Shown: in pieces, positions 47,902 to 62,012 of the stretch
Layout: the number at the start of each line of letters is the position of its first letter
How positions within the stretch are numbered: the first letter of the stretch is position 1
Assembly: GCF_006345805.1 (NCBI RefSeq)
Contig: NC_043005.1
Span: 63,798,001-63,862,000, forward strand
Source of the DNA: Octopus sinensis
Taxonomy: Eukaryota
Length of the DNA stretch: 64,000 nt
Reading direction: 5' to 3'
Made by a program: the position numbers and the translations under genes
Notes under the pieces: model-generated
Databases searched by the model: none
What the model was told of the DNA's origin: nothing
Seen by the model: the letters and a program-made list of their open reading frames with translations, nothing else

Positions 47902-48474
47902 ATATATATATATACACACACACATAAATATCCTTGTGTAACTCCGTCGAAATGAACATTTACTAACTTTCTTTCCTATACACACATATAGACCATATAG
48001 ATACACAAATGTACTACTATATACACAGGCACATATAAACACACACACACACACACGCATATATATATTTAGAGAAATAGGGAAGGAGGGAGAGGTAGAG
48101 AGATAGAGAGAAATATTCTTACATCGCTATATTCAAATATTAAATACTTCCTAGGATATATTTTCATGAGAATTCTCCAATCAATAATGTAGATACTATT
48201 TCGGACGATGAATATCAATAGAGTCTTCATTTGAATAACCTCCTGTCGAACATTGATTACATGCTACCATCTGAAAACAGCAGGTTTTTTTGTTTTTTTT
48301 CTCTACTTCTCCCTTTTCTAAAGCACTGCTGAAAATTTCTTGTTAAATATCAAATAGGCTTGTTATTGTTGTTGCAGTAGCTTAGTTTTGATCAGTTCTG
48401 TCTGATCATATAAACGTATAATCCAAAGCATCGACTATCTAGCCATGACCAGCGTACCTATATATATATATATA

Positions 48475-48550
<76 letters not shown>

Positions 48551-48553
<3 letters not shown>

Positions 48554-48720
48554 GCGCATGGTTCAGTAGTTAGAGCGTTGGGCTCACAATCATGAGGTAG
48601 CGAGTTTTATTCCCAGAGCGGGCCGTGTGTTGTGTTCTTGTGCAAGACACTTTATTTCACGTTGCTCCAGTTCACTCAACTCTAGAAATGAGTTACGACG
48701 TCACTGGTTCCAAGCTGTGT
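48551..48720 (+). mobile_element. tRNA-derived CORE-like SINE family D, 3'-truncated
   Basis: gaggcgcatggttcagtagttagagcg...gtgttgtgttcttgtgcaagacactttatttcacgttgctccagttcactcaac...gaaatgagt. Confidence 0.7.
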
Positions 48721-48763
48721 TCCAAGAAGTATCATAGAGGGCAAATGGGCGAATGCTAGGAAT

Positions 48764-48952
48764 ACTTGCGGTCATGCTGGAACAGCGCCTTCTTAATCGA
48801 ACAAGTGGACCCTAGGACTTATTCTTTATAAGCCTAGTACTTATTCTATCGGTTTCTTTTGACAAAACGCTAAATTGTTGGGACATAAGCACACAAACAT
48901 CGGTTGTCAAGCGATGGTTGAGGGAGAAACACAGGCACACACACACATACAA

Positions 48953-49007
<55 letters not shown>

Positions 49008-49168
49008 ACAGGCTTCTTTCAGTTTCCGTCTACCAAATCCACTCACAAAGCTTTGGTCGGCCCGAGGCTATAGCAGAAGAAACTTGCCCACGGTGCCACG
49101 CAGTGGAAGTGAACCAGGAACAATGTGGTTTGGAAGCAAGCTTCTTACTACATAACCACGCTTGCGCC

Positions 49169-49229
<61 letters not shown>

Positions 49230-49388
49230 ACAGGCTTCTTTCAGTTTCCGTCTACCAAATCCACTCACAAAGCTTTGGTCGGCCCGAGGCTATAGCAGAA
49301 GAAACTTGCCCACGGTGCCACGCAGTGGAAGTGAACCAGGAACAATGTGGTTTGGAAGCAAGCTTCTTACTACATAACCACGCTTGCG

Positions 49389-49390
<2 letters not shown>
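48764..49390 (-). mobile_element. Composite SINE family C with tandemly duplicated head (222-bp period)
   Basis: Tail 48764-48940; identical heads at about 49004-49168 and 49226-49390 separated by (TA)n. Confidence 0.9.
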
Positions 49391-49441
<51 letters not shown>

Positions 49442-49599
49442 AAAAGAGAGAGAGAGAGAAAGAGAAAGAAACAGACAGACAGAGACAATTAAATATTACT
49501 ATATATAATATAAATATATTAAAAATAGCTTGAATATGGAATACAAAATATGTATATATGTATACATGCAAAACAAGAGAAATCAAAGAGTGAAGACTT

Positions 49600-51075
49600 T
49601 CCGACGATGAATATTTTAGTATAAATGTATAGATATTTTTATTAAAAGATTCAACTTATACAGGGAACAAACGACGGAGAAAATTTAAGGAGTAAGTCCA
49701 AACTCTGTTTCTGAGGGCTCTGAGATCCATCATAATGTCGGTAGATCTATATGGTAGTTCATCACAATATGCAAGCTGTAATAGAAGCAATGAATATCAG
49801 ATAAAAGGAGCCTCTGTCATTAGGGTAGGAAAGATCTTACTTTTCAGGTCATTGTGCAGAGAAGTTCAGAGGTAGAATGACTAAACATGGAGACCAAAGG
49901 GTATTAAAGAGAGGACGTAGCAGGGTCGGTGAGGTTATGGGGAAAGTTAAGACAGAGAATGGTGAGAGGAGATAAAGGAACTCATTCAGGAAGGACATGG
50001 GGTTAATAATGAGGGTATTAGGGGAGGTGGTAGTAGGGGTGAGGAGTTGGGAGATGAGCGGAAGGAGTAGGATAGATTGTAATTCGAGGGTAGCCAGTTG
50101 TTGTTGGGTTTGTGTGTAAGTGTCAAGGTTTAGGGATAATAGCTATAGAATTATTGGAAGTTAAGATAGTGAAAAAAGGGATGACAATTATTTGAGAGAG
50201 GTAAGTGTCACATTCGGCGGAGTGGGGGGATTATAAAGTATGAAGAATAGTTTGAGAGAAAATATAGGGAGATGGACAGAGTGGGGGTAGGGTAAATCGG
50301 TGGTTAATACCATAAAGAAGGTAGGTTGGTAGTGAAGGGGGATTACTAAGATATTCAGAGTTATATGAAATTGAACAGAGGGAGGTGAATAGGGAGAGAG
50401 GGAAAGAGTTGTTGTTAAGTAGCTAATTGAGTTGGGTATTCGTAAGCTCTTTAGTTTAAAGAGAAGAAATGGGGAAAGAATATAACTTGTGAGAATGGGC
50501 TGACTATAAGGGAGTTGAAATGTGGTGGGTAAGAGGAAATTGCAAAGGTAATCATGAGAAGGAATAATTTAATAGAAAGGGTGGTATTAGTGGAGGGGTT
50601 AAGTTGGTAGCCCGACCTAGATGTACCCCAAATATAATTATAATTAAGGATAATCCTATTTATGCGATTAGATAGATTTGGTAAAATAGGCAAATGATGA
50701 TTACAACTTGTATATACGAGAGAGTGTTACATCTGAGAATCTATTAAGTAATGAGGGGGTTGTGGTTGCGAAGGATGGTTAGCGATTCCCTTAAACACAA
50801 TCAACAAATGCCGAGGTTTGTGTTGCATGGGGAAGCATCATTTATGATGGACAAGGATAGGGTATAGGAAACATTTTGTGATCTGAGGTATTGTATATAA
50901 GGTGCTAAGGCAGTAGATAATTTAACATTTGGATTGGAGAAAGAGTCCATGTGTGCTCGGTAACAGCGCATGAAATCAACAGTGCCACCGATACAGACCC
51001 TTGCTTGGTGGGAACACGGTGTTAAAGCTTGGCACTTATAGACTAAATTTTTGCGCATGCAGAACCCTTGAAGTA
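49600..51075 (-). mobile_element. Decayed Penelope-like element 3, GIY-YIG C-terminus plus long C-rich 3' region
   Basis: FCMRKNLVYKCQ...VCIGGTVDFMRCYRAHMDSFSNPNVKLSTALAPYIQYLRSQNVSYTLSLSII..ASPCNTNLGIC*LCLRESLTILRNHNPSLLNR (about 50720-51070). Attribution of 49600-50700 is inferred from its strong strand skew. Confidence 0.7.
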
Positions 51076-51181
51076 GGTAGAGTGGGGACACCCGACAATT
51101 GCAAGTTTTTCTATCGAAGTCAAACAGTCCTTACTGATGTGGCAAAAAATATTGCCGAAACTGCCCGGTCAGTACAGGGAA

Positions 51182-51184
<3 letters not shown>

Positions 51185-51264
<80 letters not shown>

Positions 51265-51447
51265 GTGTGTATGTGTGTTTGTGTATTACATTTCCTTGTT
51301 TTTCCTTTCGCAACAGTTACGAATCAAAATACCAAAGGAAAAATATAGATGATTCTCACTCTCAGTTTCTCTCTCTTTCCCTCTCTCTCTTTCTCTCTCT
51401 CTCTTTATCTCTTTCTCTCTCTCTCTCTCTCTTCTCTTTCTCTCTCT

Positions 51448-51500
<53 letters not shown>
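51185..51500. repeat. (GT)n and (CT)n microsatellites
   Basis: Read directly. Confidence 0.95.
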
Positions 51501-51502
<2 letters not shown>

Positions 51503-52407
51503 TCATTTTTTTCCTTCAAGTCTGTCAGTATCCCTAATATACATGTTTTCCACATCAGAAATAAATAGGTTTTTTGGTGCATTTGCCACTATTATTAGCT
51601 CCATACCAATTCTGCTTCATCTGACCTATGAGATTAAATGTGGATCCAGACTTCACGATCTACCGTATTTTCAGTAATATACCATCCATACAACATGTCC
51701 TTCTTTTTCAAAATCTTTAGGGAATGATAAGCGTGAGATTTAACTGCTATTTTTCACAACCCACTGACTACATGTAGCAGGCATTCCCTCGTTGATTTCA
51801 TATATTTCTTCTAATTAGTGACTATTTACAATTTGTTGTGTCCATTCCCCTCTTAGTAGTCTTAAGCATTTGGCTGCATCCCCAATTCTTCGTACCATAT
51901 TCTTATCGAACAAATCATAAGTTTCAGACATATACTGGGATCGATATGTTTCTAAGAAATATTGATTTACAAATCAGAAAGAAATCATTATTCTAGGACT
52001 TTATCTTCTAGATGATGTTTCATATAATTATATAATCCATATGTTTTACTTAAAATTTATCAGAAAACTAAATTGAAATCTATAACTGTTACACTGTATA
52101 TGTATAAATATCAATTCTGTTCTAGAAACACGGGTTGTTGTTATTGTTTTTTAGCTCAGTATTCTTGATTGATCAGAGGTATCCTGTAATCAAATGCACA
52201 GTAGTTTGAACATTCGGTTGTTTTATTAATTCACACGATGTCAAATATTAGACACACAAATACATATAGGGGCATTCAAACTCTAATGGAGTTGCAGGGA
52301 TGACGTTGATATACAGTGTTCTCCCTGAACATTTTAAACAGTGCGAATTTCATCCGTCTGAGTTCTTTGACGGATAAACTTCTTCCAGAAATAAAGACAT
52401 AAACGAA

Positions 52408-52550
52408 AAATCGACCCAGTATGTTTACTAGTTCATATAGAGTCTGAAAAGCTGAGAGGTAAAGTTGACGTCAGTGAGAAATGAAATCCGGGCGTAGTAA
52501 ACCGGAACAAATGCAGAGTGTTCTGACGACTCTGCTAATTCGCCGTCTTG
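52408..52550 (-). mobile_element. Old degenerate SINE family B copy
   Basis: aatcgacccagt...gaggtaaagttgac...gactctgctaattcgccgtct is the reverse of the family B layout. Confidence 0.55.
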
Positions 52551-54850
52551 TCTAAGACTATTGTATTCAATGTGTCATATTTGAAGACTGTACGATATGA
52601 TCTGAGGTAGAATTTGTTACTTTCTCTAACAATGTAAACGACAGTAGCAGAGTTCTCAATTTGGCTCGTGAAATTAGGTAGTTTTCTACAGGTTCACAAT
52701 CAAATTAATTCGAGTACATAATAAAAAACAAATTAGACTATTGCAATGGTTTCCCATTGATATAATTCTGAAACCCAATATAGTTGAGTCATGTGTTCTC
52801 TAGATCAGGCAACAGAATATGGAATTACATTCGCCTGTCTAACATGTATTCCCTTTAACTTCGGTTGTATTTGGCCACGTAAAAATGATCACAGCAAGAT
52901 TGACGTGAAATATGCAATGTATAAGTTATAATAGCTGAACAGCTGTTTATTGTTTGACGATCAGTAAAGGCAGCAGGAAAACTTTGAGGAAAGAGAAAAA
53001 AACTATATTCAGTGAAAACCGCACGGAAACCGGACATATTATTGGACATATTGATAAATGAGACACAGAGAACTAGAGAAAAGTAGAGAATATATGAGAG
53101 AGAAAGAAGGGAGATTGATAGCGCTAGGAAGAAAGATAATTGATTTACTGTTCCCTTAATAACGTTAGATTATTGTCCCAAGATAAAATGATCTATTGAA
53201 TAAAGAAGTCTGTATATCAGCAAAAAAAGTGGGGCGAAAAACTTGTAAACAGGCACCAATTTAGTCGTTGGCTGTTTCAGCCTCCCAAATATTTTTATAT
53301 AAATATTTATTGAATATGGAATGAATTTTACCACCTCTTTTGTCTTCTGAAGCTTGAAATATGATGCCGGTAATTGATTTTATATTCCTCATATAGGCAC
53401 TGCTGTGTTACATCAAAGCTAACATTTAATAACCGGGTTTCTGAGAGTAAAATAGAGCAAAATGTAAGAATTTGTTTTGAGGAAACCTTGGTATTCCGAG
53501 TTTTTACTTTCGGTTGGTGCATCTAATGATGGAGCTACATCAAACCTTCGAATTTTCATTAAGTATATTAATCTTTACTACTAGACCTTTTACCACCGCG
53601 TCTCAATTTGGCAAATTGATAACTCGCTTTAAAACATTCTGGTGGGCTGTCTATTCTTCTCGGCAAAACATTCCAGGTTTTAATGCCTTGTTATCTAACA
53701 CACACACCGGTTGGATTTCCCCTCATTTATTATTTATATTTTTTCTTCCAAAATTTCCTAGCTTTTGCAACGTTGTCAATGACAAGGTTGCAAAAGCAAC
53801 GAAAATTTTGGAAGAAAATATATAAATGATAAATTCCAAGTTTTGTTAACAGTAAATATTGTAAAGCAGCCTTAGCACTTATGTTTTATTGCACAACAAT
53901 AATCAACTATACAAGAAAAATATTCACCTACCTAAGACACCAATCTTTTGTCGCTGATTTTCGTCAGTCTGGGAGACTGAAATCATCATTACAAGGAGGT
54001 GAATCACTCATTTTGTTTACTTTATTTCCACCTCTTAACGCAGCGAGTAATGTCAAACTATAAGAGTTAATTGTAGATAATGGCTTCACTGGAGTATATG
54101 CAGCCTGTTATCAGTCACCATGTCCACTCAATTAGCGGTAATTTTACATTTATTATTATATATATGTATGTGTACAAATATCGTATGTATTATGCTTATT
54201 AATCTGGATATTTGTAATGCCCGTGTCCTTGAAATTAAGAGGATTTATATTTCCTTGTGTAGACAGGCAAAATGCCACATATTCACAGGAGTGAAGACTC
54301 GATTATATCGAGCTGAATACTTTTATCAGTATTTTATCAACTCCAGAAGGTTAAAGTTTTAAATCATATTTGAAAACGGAACGTAAATAGACGTATTGGG
54401 TTACATTGCATAGGTTTAGGCGGAGATTTCTTGAGTGGTTTTGCAAACGCAGCCTCGGTTTTACATATTCTATTCACTAAGATATTGTCAATTTGTACCT
54501 ATCAGCTAAACACTATTGTAGATGATACTTATATTGGTTTTCACGCCAAATTGTTATAGGATGTCTAGAGACACAGAGACTACGGCTACAATTAGCCGGC
54601 GGATTACGAAGCAGACGCACACTGTATTTTGAATGACAATTTGGACGACTATAGCGCTGATCATTCACTTTAAAACACTTGTGAAGCCAATACTATGACG
54701 AAGACACATCGGAGATAATTAGTCCAGCCAAGGAGATTAGTTTGTTTTCATAATTTGTAGTAATTTTAGTGAGTAATGGAATATCATCTCCTGCTGCTCA
54801 GCTCTGGTTATACCAAAACCCAAGGAACATAAACAGATGCAGATTAAATA

Positions 54851-54963
54851 TTGGTTTCATATTTTGGTACAAGGCCAGCAACTCCAGGGAAGGAGGCAAG
54901 TCGATTACATCGACCCCAGTGCTCAACTCCACTTATTTTATCGACCACTAAAAGATGAAAGGC
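54851..54963 (-). mobile_element. SINE family B 3' half
   Basis: ggtacaaggcc...agtcgattacatcgaccccagtgctcaact..cacttattttatcgacc...gatgaaaggc. Confidence 0.7.
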
Positions 54964-56924
54964 TTGATTAATCCACTTAATTCTCAAATATAGTCTAAGT
55001 AGGGTTGTATTATACTGTTTATTCTTCCGACCTTTGAAGATGGTTGGGTGTAACCTGAGGTGAGATTTGGTTTCTACTTCTAGCAGATTAAGCTCTGTAG
55101 TTGGTTCAACGCATAAAACCTTATTTTGGTATAACCGATGTTAATGTTGAAATGAATATTTTAGGCGGGGCCTTGCATTAGTCCAAACCAATGGTAGTTG
55201 AAGTTAAATTTTAATTGGTTCACATTAGTGGTTAATACACACTGAATCATATTTCAGAGAGAGAGAGAGAGCATGTCTGTGTGTGTGACTATAATAGGAA
55301 ATTCTGATGGGTGAGGGTGACTTCGGTGACTTCGGTAGGAGGCTGAATACTCGTACACAGTCTGGGAAAGAGACACAACATGTAGATAAGAACTGAGTTA
55401 TTGATTAGGATATTTTATCGATAAATATTTCATCTATTAATTTATTCATTTCATTAGAGTTAGTTTTTGAGTGAAAGAAAGAAAAATAACATAAAGCAAA
55501 ACTTAGTTGTTTTTTTATATAAAATAAATAGATTTATCAATTACTTCTGTTTACAGAAATTGATACGGGTATGTTTGCTGTCTCCTGTCTCTGAAAGCCA
55601 GGCATTAAGTTAATTACAGTTTAGATAGCTTCCAGAATTTGAATCTTTACAGAGTTTCCAGTCAACTAAAGGCTAAATCAATTATTTAATATTTATGATG
55701 TTATAATCACAGAGGATATTACATCTGGAAATATTCAGAGAAATTTATAAGCAATCGTTGTAGGAAAAAGTAAATAACACCAATGAAATTCGAAGAATCC
55801 TTATGCCATCAATCGACTAAAAGCCTACGCCTCATGATAGTTTGGTCATTTAATGATGTATATTCGTGTTGCTTTTACTGTTATAATTTAGATATGGCTA
55901 TGAACTATCAATGTATTATTTTTTTGTAGTTATTATACTGAAAAATATTAGAAATAGAAATCAATGTTTGCTTTAAGAAGGTAATAGGAAATATTACATT
56001 TTGGGAGCCTTCTGATACATCATTTGAAATATGCATGTCTCATTTCCATTTAAGAACTTCATTTAGCGAAACTAAATATCTGCCCTGGTTTACACTGAAG
56101 AATTGTATTATATGTTACAAAATATCTGCAACATTATTACTCTTGATCACTATATTGTACTTCAAAATGTATGTTCTTGCGATTTACATTAGCGGCATGA
56201 ACATTTTCAACGAAGAGTAATCGGTTTGTATTCTGCTCTGCTTATTTCAGTTAGGTATCAGTTAGATATATCTCATGAGACTGATGCAAGTTATCAATTA
56301 TCATGCCGAATAAAATGTATTGCGAATCCTTTATGTACAAGGTTTCAGTGTTGCTGTTACAGCGAGTGTTTTATTGTCTCCAGCCCAGTGACTCGTATGA
56401 TTGAGCAGACGTATAATCAAATATTTCAACCAGTACATCCGGAGCTATATTATTGTAATGAATACTCTATTTTAAAGTCGACTAGGTGAGATTTGAATTA
56501 GAATTACCATCAATTTATTGTAAGCTGAGAGACAACGTAAAAGCTTCTGTCATTGATCTGTTGATTCGAGGGTTGCTTTTCAAGCTGGTAGCTCAGAAGG
56601 AATAAATGTATAAATCTTCCGTGAGAGCTTAAAATTTTCTGAGATAGGACAATATACAGTTCTTACAAACAGTGAATCACCTAAGCGTAAAAAATTCGAA
56701 AATGAAAAACATTCCCCAAGATCCCATGAAAGCTGTTTGAAGATACGTGTTTAACTCTTTTTTCATGAAAAATAGTAGATGGAACCTTAGTTTCCCTGTT
56801 GCTAGGACTCTAATCTAATTGGAGCATCGATAAATTCGAAGCACGGCCTATGGCCAACAGATAATCATTGTTCATTAGTTTGTCGCACATCAAAAGATAT
56901 TGCTATCTTTTGTCTTTTAGCTCT

Positions 56925-57375
56925 TTTACCCATTAGACTCTGACCGTGCTGAGGCACCGCTCTGACAGTTTTGATCGAACAAATTAATCCCAGTAGGCAT
57001 TGTTTTAAGGTATGGTATTATTCTAAGGCGGCGAGCTGGCAGAAACGTTAGCACGCCGGGCGAAATGCTTAGCGGTGTTCGTCTGCATTACGTTGTGAGT
57101 TCAATTCCGCCGAGGTCGACTTTGCATTTCATCCTTTCGGGGTCGATAAATTAAGTACCAGTTACGCACTGGGTCGATGTAATCGACTTAATACCTTTGT
57201 CTGTCCTTGTTTGTCCCCTCTGTGTTTAGCCCCTTGTGGGTAATAAAGAAATAGGTATTATTCTATCGGTAATTTTGCCGCCTCCCGATAACAGAGACGT
57301 AAACAAATCCATGTCATCGGTTGTTAAGCGGCAGTGGTGCGGAGAGCAACACAAAAGCGTATGCGCGCACACACA
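56925..57375 (-). mobile_element. Degenerate SINE C tail module, split by a nested family B SINE
   Basis: gaccgtgctgaggcaccgc...gatcgaacaaattaatcccag (left part) continues as attctatcgg...gacgtaaacaaa...tcggttgttaagcgg (right part). Confidence 0.7.
57026..57259 (+). mobile_element. SINE family B, full monomer with target-site duplication
   Basis: Well-preserved copy; ggtattattcta at 57014-57025 and 57254-57265. Confidence 0.92.
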
Positions 57376-57441
57376 TAGATATAGGCATAGATATATAGTT
57401 TATATATACATATATATATATATTATTATATATATATATAG

Positions 57442-57477
<36 letters not shown>

Positions 57478-57783
57478 GTATATATGTATATATATATATA
57501 TATATAATATTATATATATGTATCTAATGTGTGTGTGCGTGTGTGTGTATACATACACATACATATATATATATATATAAATATATATATGTATGTATAC
57601 ACGTAATGTCCTGAAAACTCCTCACATCATTGGCTTTGTTATCTATATATATATATATATAACATGCAAATACAAGACCCACATTAAACTCCTCACCTGT
57701 ATCACTATCGAACCAAAAGTTTAACTACGGTCTGTTCATAGCACTTACTTAGCGTTACTTGCCACTCTTTGGGTCTTCTATAT

Positions 57784-57929
<146 letters not shown>

Positions 57930-57930
57930 T

Positions 57931-58045
57931 CGACGTGCCTCTTTCAGTTTCCCTCTACCACTAGAACTTGATCGGCCCGAGGCAATAGTAAAAAACATTT
58001 GCCAATGGTGCCACACAGTGAGATTGAAATCGAAATCATGTATTT
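57931..58045 (-). mobile_element. Degenerate head of SINE family C
   Basis: cgacgtgcctctttcagtttcc...gatcggcccgaggcaatagta...gccaatggtgccacacagtgagattgaaatcg. Confidence 0.7.
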
Positions 58046-59236
58046 TTGGGGGCGAGGAGCAGGAGTTTATTTTTGTTTAGCCCCGCATCAATACTTATTA
58101 AACAGAGTTACGCTTTGAAAACATTCTTGCTGTGACCATTCTTATTATTTCATATTTTTTTCTTTTGTTCAGTATGCTCCTTTCTAACGTTCAGTATGTT
58201 CCGTTCTAATTTTAGTCTGTGATTTGAGGACAACCGAATATCAAAAGAGAACCCAAGCATGGCATCAACACAATTTATTGACTAAGGCTTGCACTTTCGT
58301 CACACATGGTGACAACTAATCGTATGTCCCGTCATATCATGTTTATACTAATTGAATTTTGTAGCATCATTATCCTTCGTGATAGTTTTTGACTATATCA
58401 TTAGAAAGCCACATATGTTTCATTCTCCATCGAAAATTATGTCTTCACAGACGGACAACACCGGGTATCTCAAACAATGCCTGCCCTCTTCTTTCAGTCT
58501 TGTACTTTAACCGAGGGAGGTCTTCATAACTTAGTTCCTCACAAGTAAATGTTTGTATACAGGTGACACTGAAGCCAAATCGAAATTCGAAATGCTCCTT
58601 CTATATTTCCTTTGAAGACAGCCAGTCTAGGATCACCTCATGTTTTACAACCGGAGGCTGTGGTTCAAGAGGCAATTTGTCTCCTCTTTAAAGCGTGTCA
58701 GACGGAAGTTTCGTTTATTTTTGTGTTGTTGTGAGTCGCAACTATTAGTAATATGAAAATTGAAGAAGACGATGTCCCACCTTAACGCTAACAATTAGTA
58801 TGATCCGTTTCATTAAAGTCAACATCACTTTGGTTGCAAAGAAATCAATTTAGATATCATAGAAAGAGATACTTTACACTCATTTAGTAGAACTTTATTT
58901 AATTAAGTGAGTTATATTAGTGTGATGTAATGAGAATAAACATTTAGTTCTGTCGCTTATAATACAGCAGACATTTTTTTATATATATATTTCGGTTTTA
59001 CGTTTTTCTTTACATTTTCTTTCTTTTACTTTCTTTCTTCCTTTTTTTTTCTTTTGCTAATGTGAACAACCACTTAATTTCTCAAATTCTAGTCATTATA
59101 TATAATTAGTGATTATATTTAATTGGATTCGTGCTTCTATTTTAAATCAATATTTGTATATTGATTGTATGAGGTAGGCAAGTCTGGAAATTCCCATAAA
59201 TTTTTTTCTAAACAGATGTTATTGTTCTAGTTATTA

Positions 59237-59300
<64 letters not shown>

Positions 59301-59310
59301 CATCATCATG

Positions 59311-60111
59311 GCAGCGAGCTGACAGGGTGCTTATGACACCGGATGAAATGCTTAGCGGTATTTCGCCCGTCTTTACGTTCTGAGTTCAAATTCCATCGAA
59401 TTCGACTTTGCCTTTCATTCTTTCCGGGTTGATAAATTAAGTAGCAGTTGGGTATTGGAGTCAATCTAATCGACTGGCCCCCTCCCCCAAAATTTCGGCC
59501 CTGTGCCTAGAGTGGAAAAGATTATTATTAGTGTTGTTGCTGTTGTTGTTATTGTTATCATCATGGCAGCGAGCTGTCAGAATTGTTAGCATACTGAATG
59601 AAATGCTTAGCGGTATTTCGCCTGTCGCTACGCTCTGAGTTTAAAGTATGCCTTTCATCCTTGCGGGGTCGATAAACAAGTACCAGTTGTTATCGGCATT
59701 TCTTCCGTCTTTTTTTACGTTTTGGTTTCCGATTTCCGCCATTCGGAGGTCGATAAAGTAAGTACCAAGCAAATACTGTGCTCCATGTAATAGACTTACT
59801 CTCTCCTTTACTGACACTGTCCTAACATTTGAAACCATCATCATCATTAATGATGTTTTTGTTGTTGTTGTTTATGATGTTGTTGCTGTTGCTGCAACTC
59901 TATGCAAGGCGGCAGGCTGGCAGAATCGTTATAATGCCGGGCAAAATGCTTAGCGGCATTTCGCCTCTCTTTATGTTCTAAGTTCAAATTCCGCCGAGCC
60001 GACTATACTTTTCATCAATAACATAAGTACCAGCTCTGCACTGAGGTTAATATAATCGACTAGCCCATCTCCTAAGAAATTTCAGGCCTTGTGTCTATGG
60101 TAGAAATATTG

Positions 60112-60143
<32 letters not shown>

Positions 60144-60855
60144 GGTGGTGGTGGTGGTGGTGGCGTTAGTGTTGTTGGTGCCTTTGTTGTTTAGTCCTAG
60201 AGTAGTAATGACTGAGCGATCTATCATTAAAAATTTCAATCCAATGAATTCTTGTCTGTATTTTTTCCATATTCTGTATTTTTTGCTGAATCAACAAATT
60301 AACAAGCAAGATGACGAGCTGGCAGGATCGTTAGCACGCCAGGGAAAACGCCTAGCAGCGTTTCGTCTAACTCTAGATTCGGAGATCAAATTCTGCCGCG
60401 ATCAACTTTCCCTTTCATCCTTTCGGGATCGATAAAATGAGCACCGGTTGAGCACTGGGCTCGATAAAATCGATTCGTCCCTTACTCCGAATTTGCAAGT
60501 CTTGAGCCAAAAGTTCAAACCAATGTTTATACAAACAAGTAACCTAGAAGGTAGGTAATTGAGATCTTGATCATGAGGTCATAGATTCGATTCCTGGGAC
60601 AGAAGGCGTGTAATGTTCTTGGCCAATTTACTTCACTTCATTAAGGCGGTGGGCTGACAGAAACGCTAGCACACAGGGCGAAATGCTTAGCTGTATTTCG
60701 TCCGTCTTTACGTTCTGAGTTCAAATTCCGCCAAGGTCAACTTTGCCTTTCATCCTTTCGGGGTCGATAAATTAAGTACCAGTTGCGTACTGGGAGCGAT
60801 CTAATCGACTGCTCCTCAAAAATTTCAGGCCTTGTGCCAAGAGTAGAAAAGAAAT
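59311..60855 (+). mobile_element. Cluster of 5-6 co-oriented SINE family B copies
   Basis: Heads at about 59311, 59565, 59906, 60309 and 60643, plus a partial unit at about 59690-59810. Separated by (ATT)/(GTT)/(GGT)n. Confidence 0.85.
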
Positions 60856-61289
60856 TTGCTTTACTTCACTCTTGAGGTTGAACCAGCAGTTTTCTTTAAT
60901 ATGCGACAATTTATATAAGAGCATTAGATTGCATAATCCGTTTTTCTGGGTACCTTTATTTCTGAAGTTCACTCTAGAAAAATGGTAACAGTAAGGTGAC
61001 AACTGAAATATTCATATTAGAATTATTTTGTTTTTTTAATGGATTGTAGCTAGAGTTTGGAAAAACTCCAAAGTATGGAAAACTACATGTATTTGGAATA
61101 TAACAATGGCATTTGAAGCAGAACAAAACATGAGCAATAATTCAATTCGGTCCGCTTAGCTTCTGTATATACTTCGTTTAATTCACTGATAAAACTGTCG
61201 ACTTAATCTTCAAACACATCTGTCAAACTTTGTAGTTGAACCTATCTACGTCTTGTGGTGAAGACTTGTTTATAACAATGAAAACGTAC

Positions 61290-61465
61290 ATGGTGGTAGT
61301 AGTGATGGCGGTGATGGTGGTGATGGTGGTGATGATGGTGGTGGTGGTGGTCGTGGTGGTCGTGGTCGTGGTGGTGGTGGTGGTGGTGGTGGTGGTGGTG
61401 ATCGTCGTCATCGTCGTGGCTGTGGTGGTGGCGGTGGTGGCGGTGGTGGTGGTTTTAGTGTGCGT
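61290..61465 (+). repeat. G-rich trinucleotide array (GGT/GTC/GAT)n
   Basis: Read directly; source of the poly-V and poly-T ORFs. Confidence 0.9.
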
Positions 61466-62012
61466 TTGGTGGTAGTTTTGGTGATGGCTGTCCTAGTAAT
61501 AATGGTGGTAGTGATAACGGATGATAATTATAAAGACAATGATGAGGATGAGAACGGGAGACGACCATCAATATAACCACCACGGTGATGACGACGACAA
61601 CGACGACGATGATGATGATGATGATGATGACTTTTGTTATTAAATTTTAAAGAAATGTTCCTATGTCTAGCATTAATTCTGAACATGTCCATGGTGATTG
61701 TACAATCATGTTGGTATACATTTACATGTTCTTTTTCATTGTGAATGGTTTATTAGCATTTGTCCACAAGGCAATTTATCTCAATAAACTCATTTAAATA
61801 TGTACTCGGTTCTTGAAACAAATTCATCTCTCTACTGACACTGACAGGATTTACAAACGCTATATGCTTGCTTAGTTAAAAATTGTAGTTAATAATATTC
61901 TGAAATTAAAATTACTAGTGTCAATTTGAAAACCTGATAACTTATGCATGCGTCTGACAAATTCATAAATATATGCAGTTTATTAAATTTTTTCAAAGTA
62001 GGTTTGACTCAA

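Noticed and set aside
49690-49750. Minus-strand atgatggatctcagag...gaaacagag at the end of PLE 3, reminiscent of a hammerhead
   Set aside because: The core is too degenerate (no CTGA) and the stems do not pair convincingly; only a family consensus could rescue it.
61223-61475. Poly-Thr / poly-Val ORFs resembling a mucin or membrane protein
   Set aside because: A (GGT)n-type trinucleotide array with no flanking coding context or splice signals.
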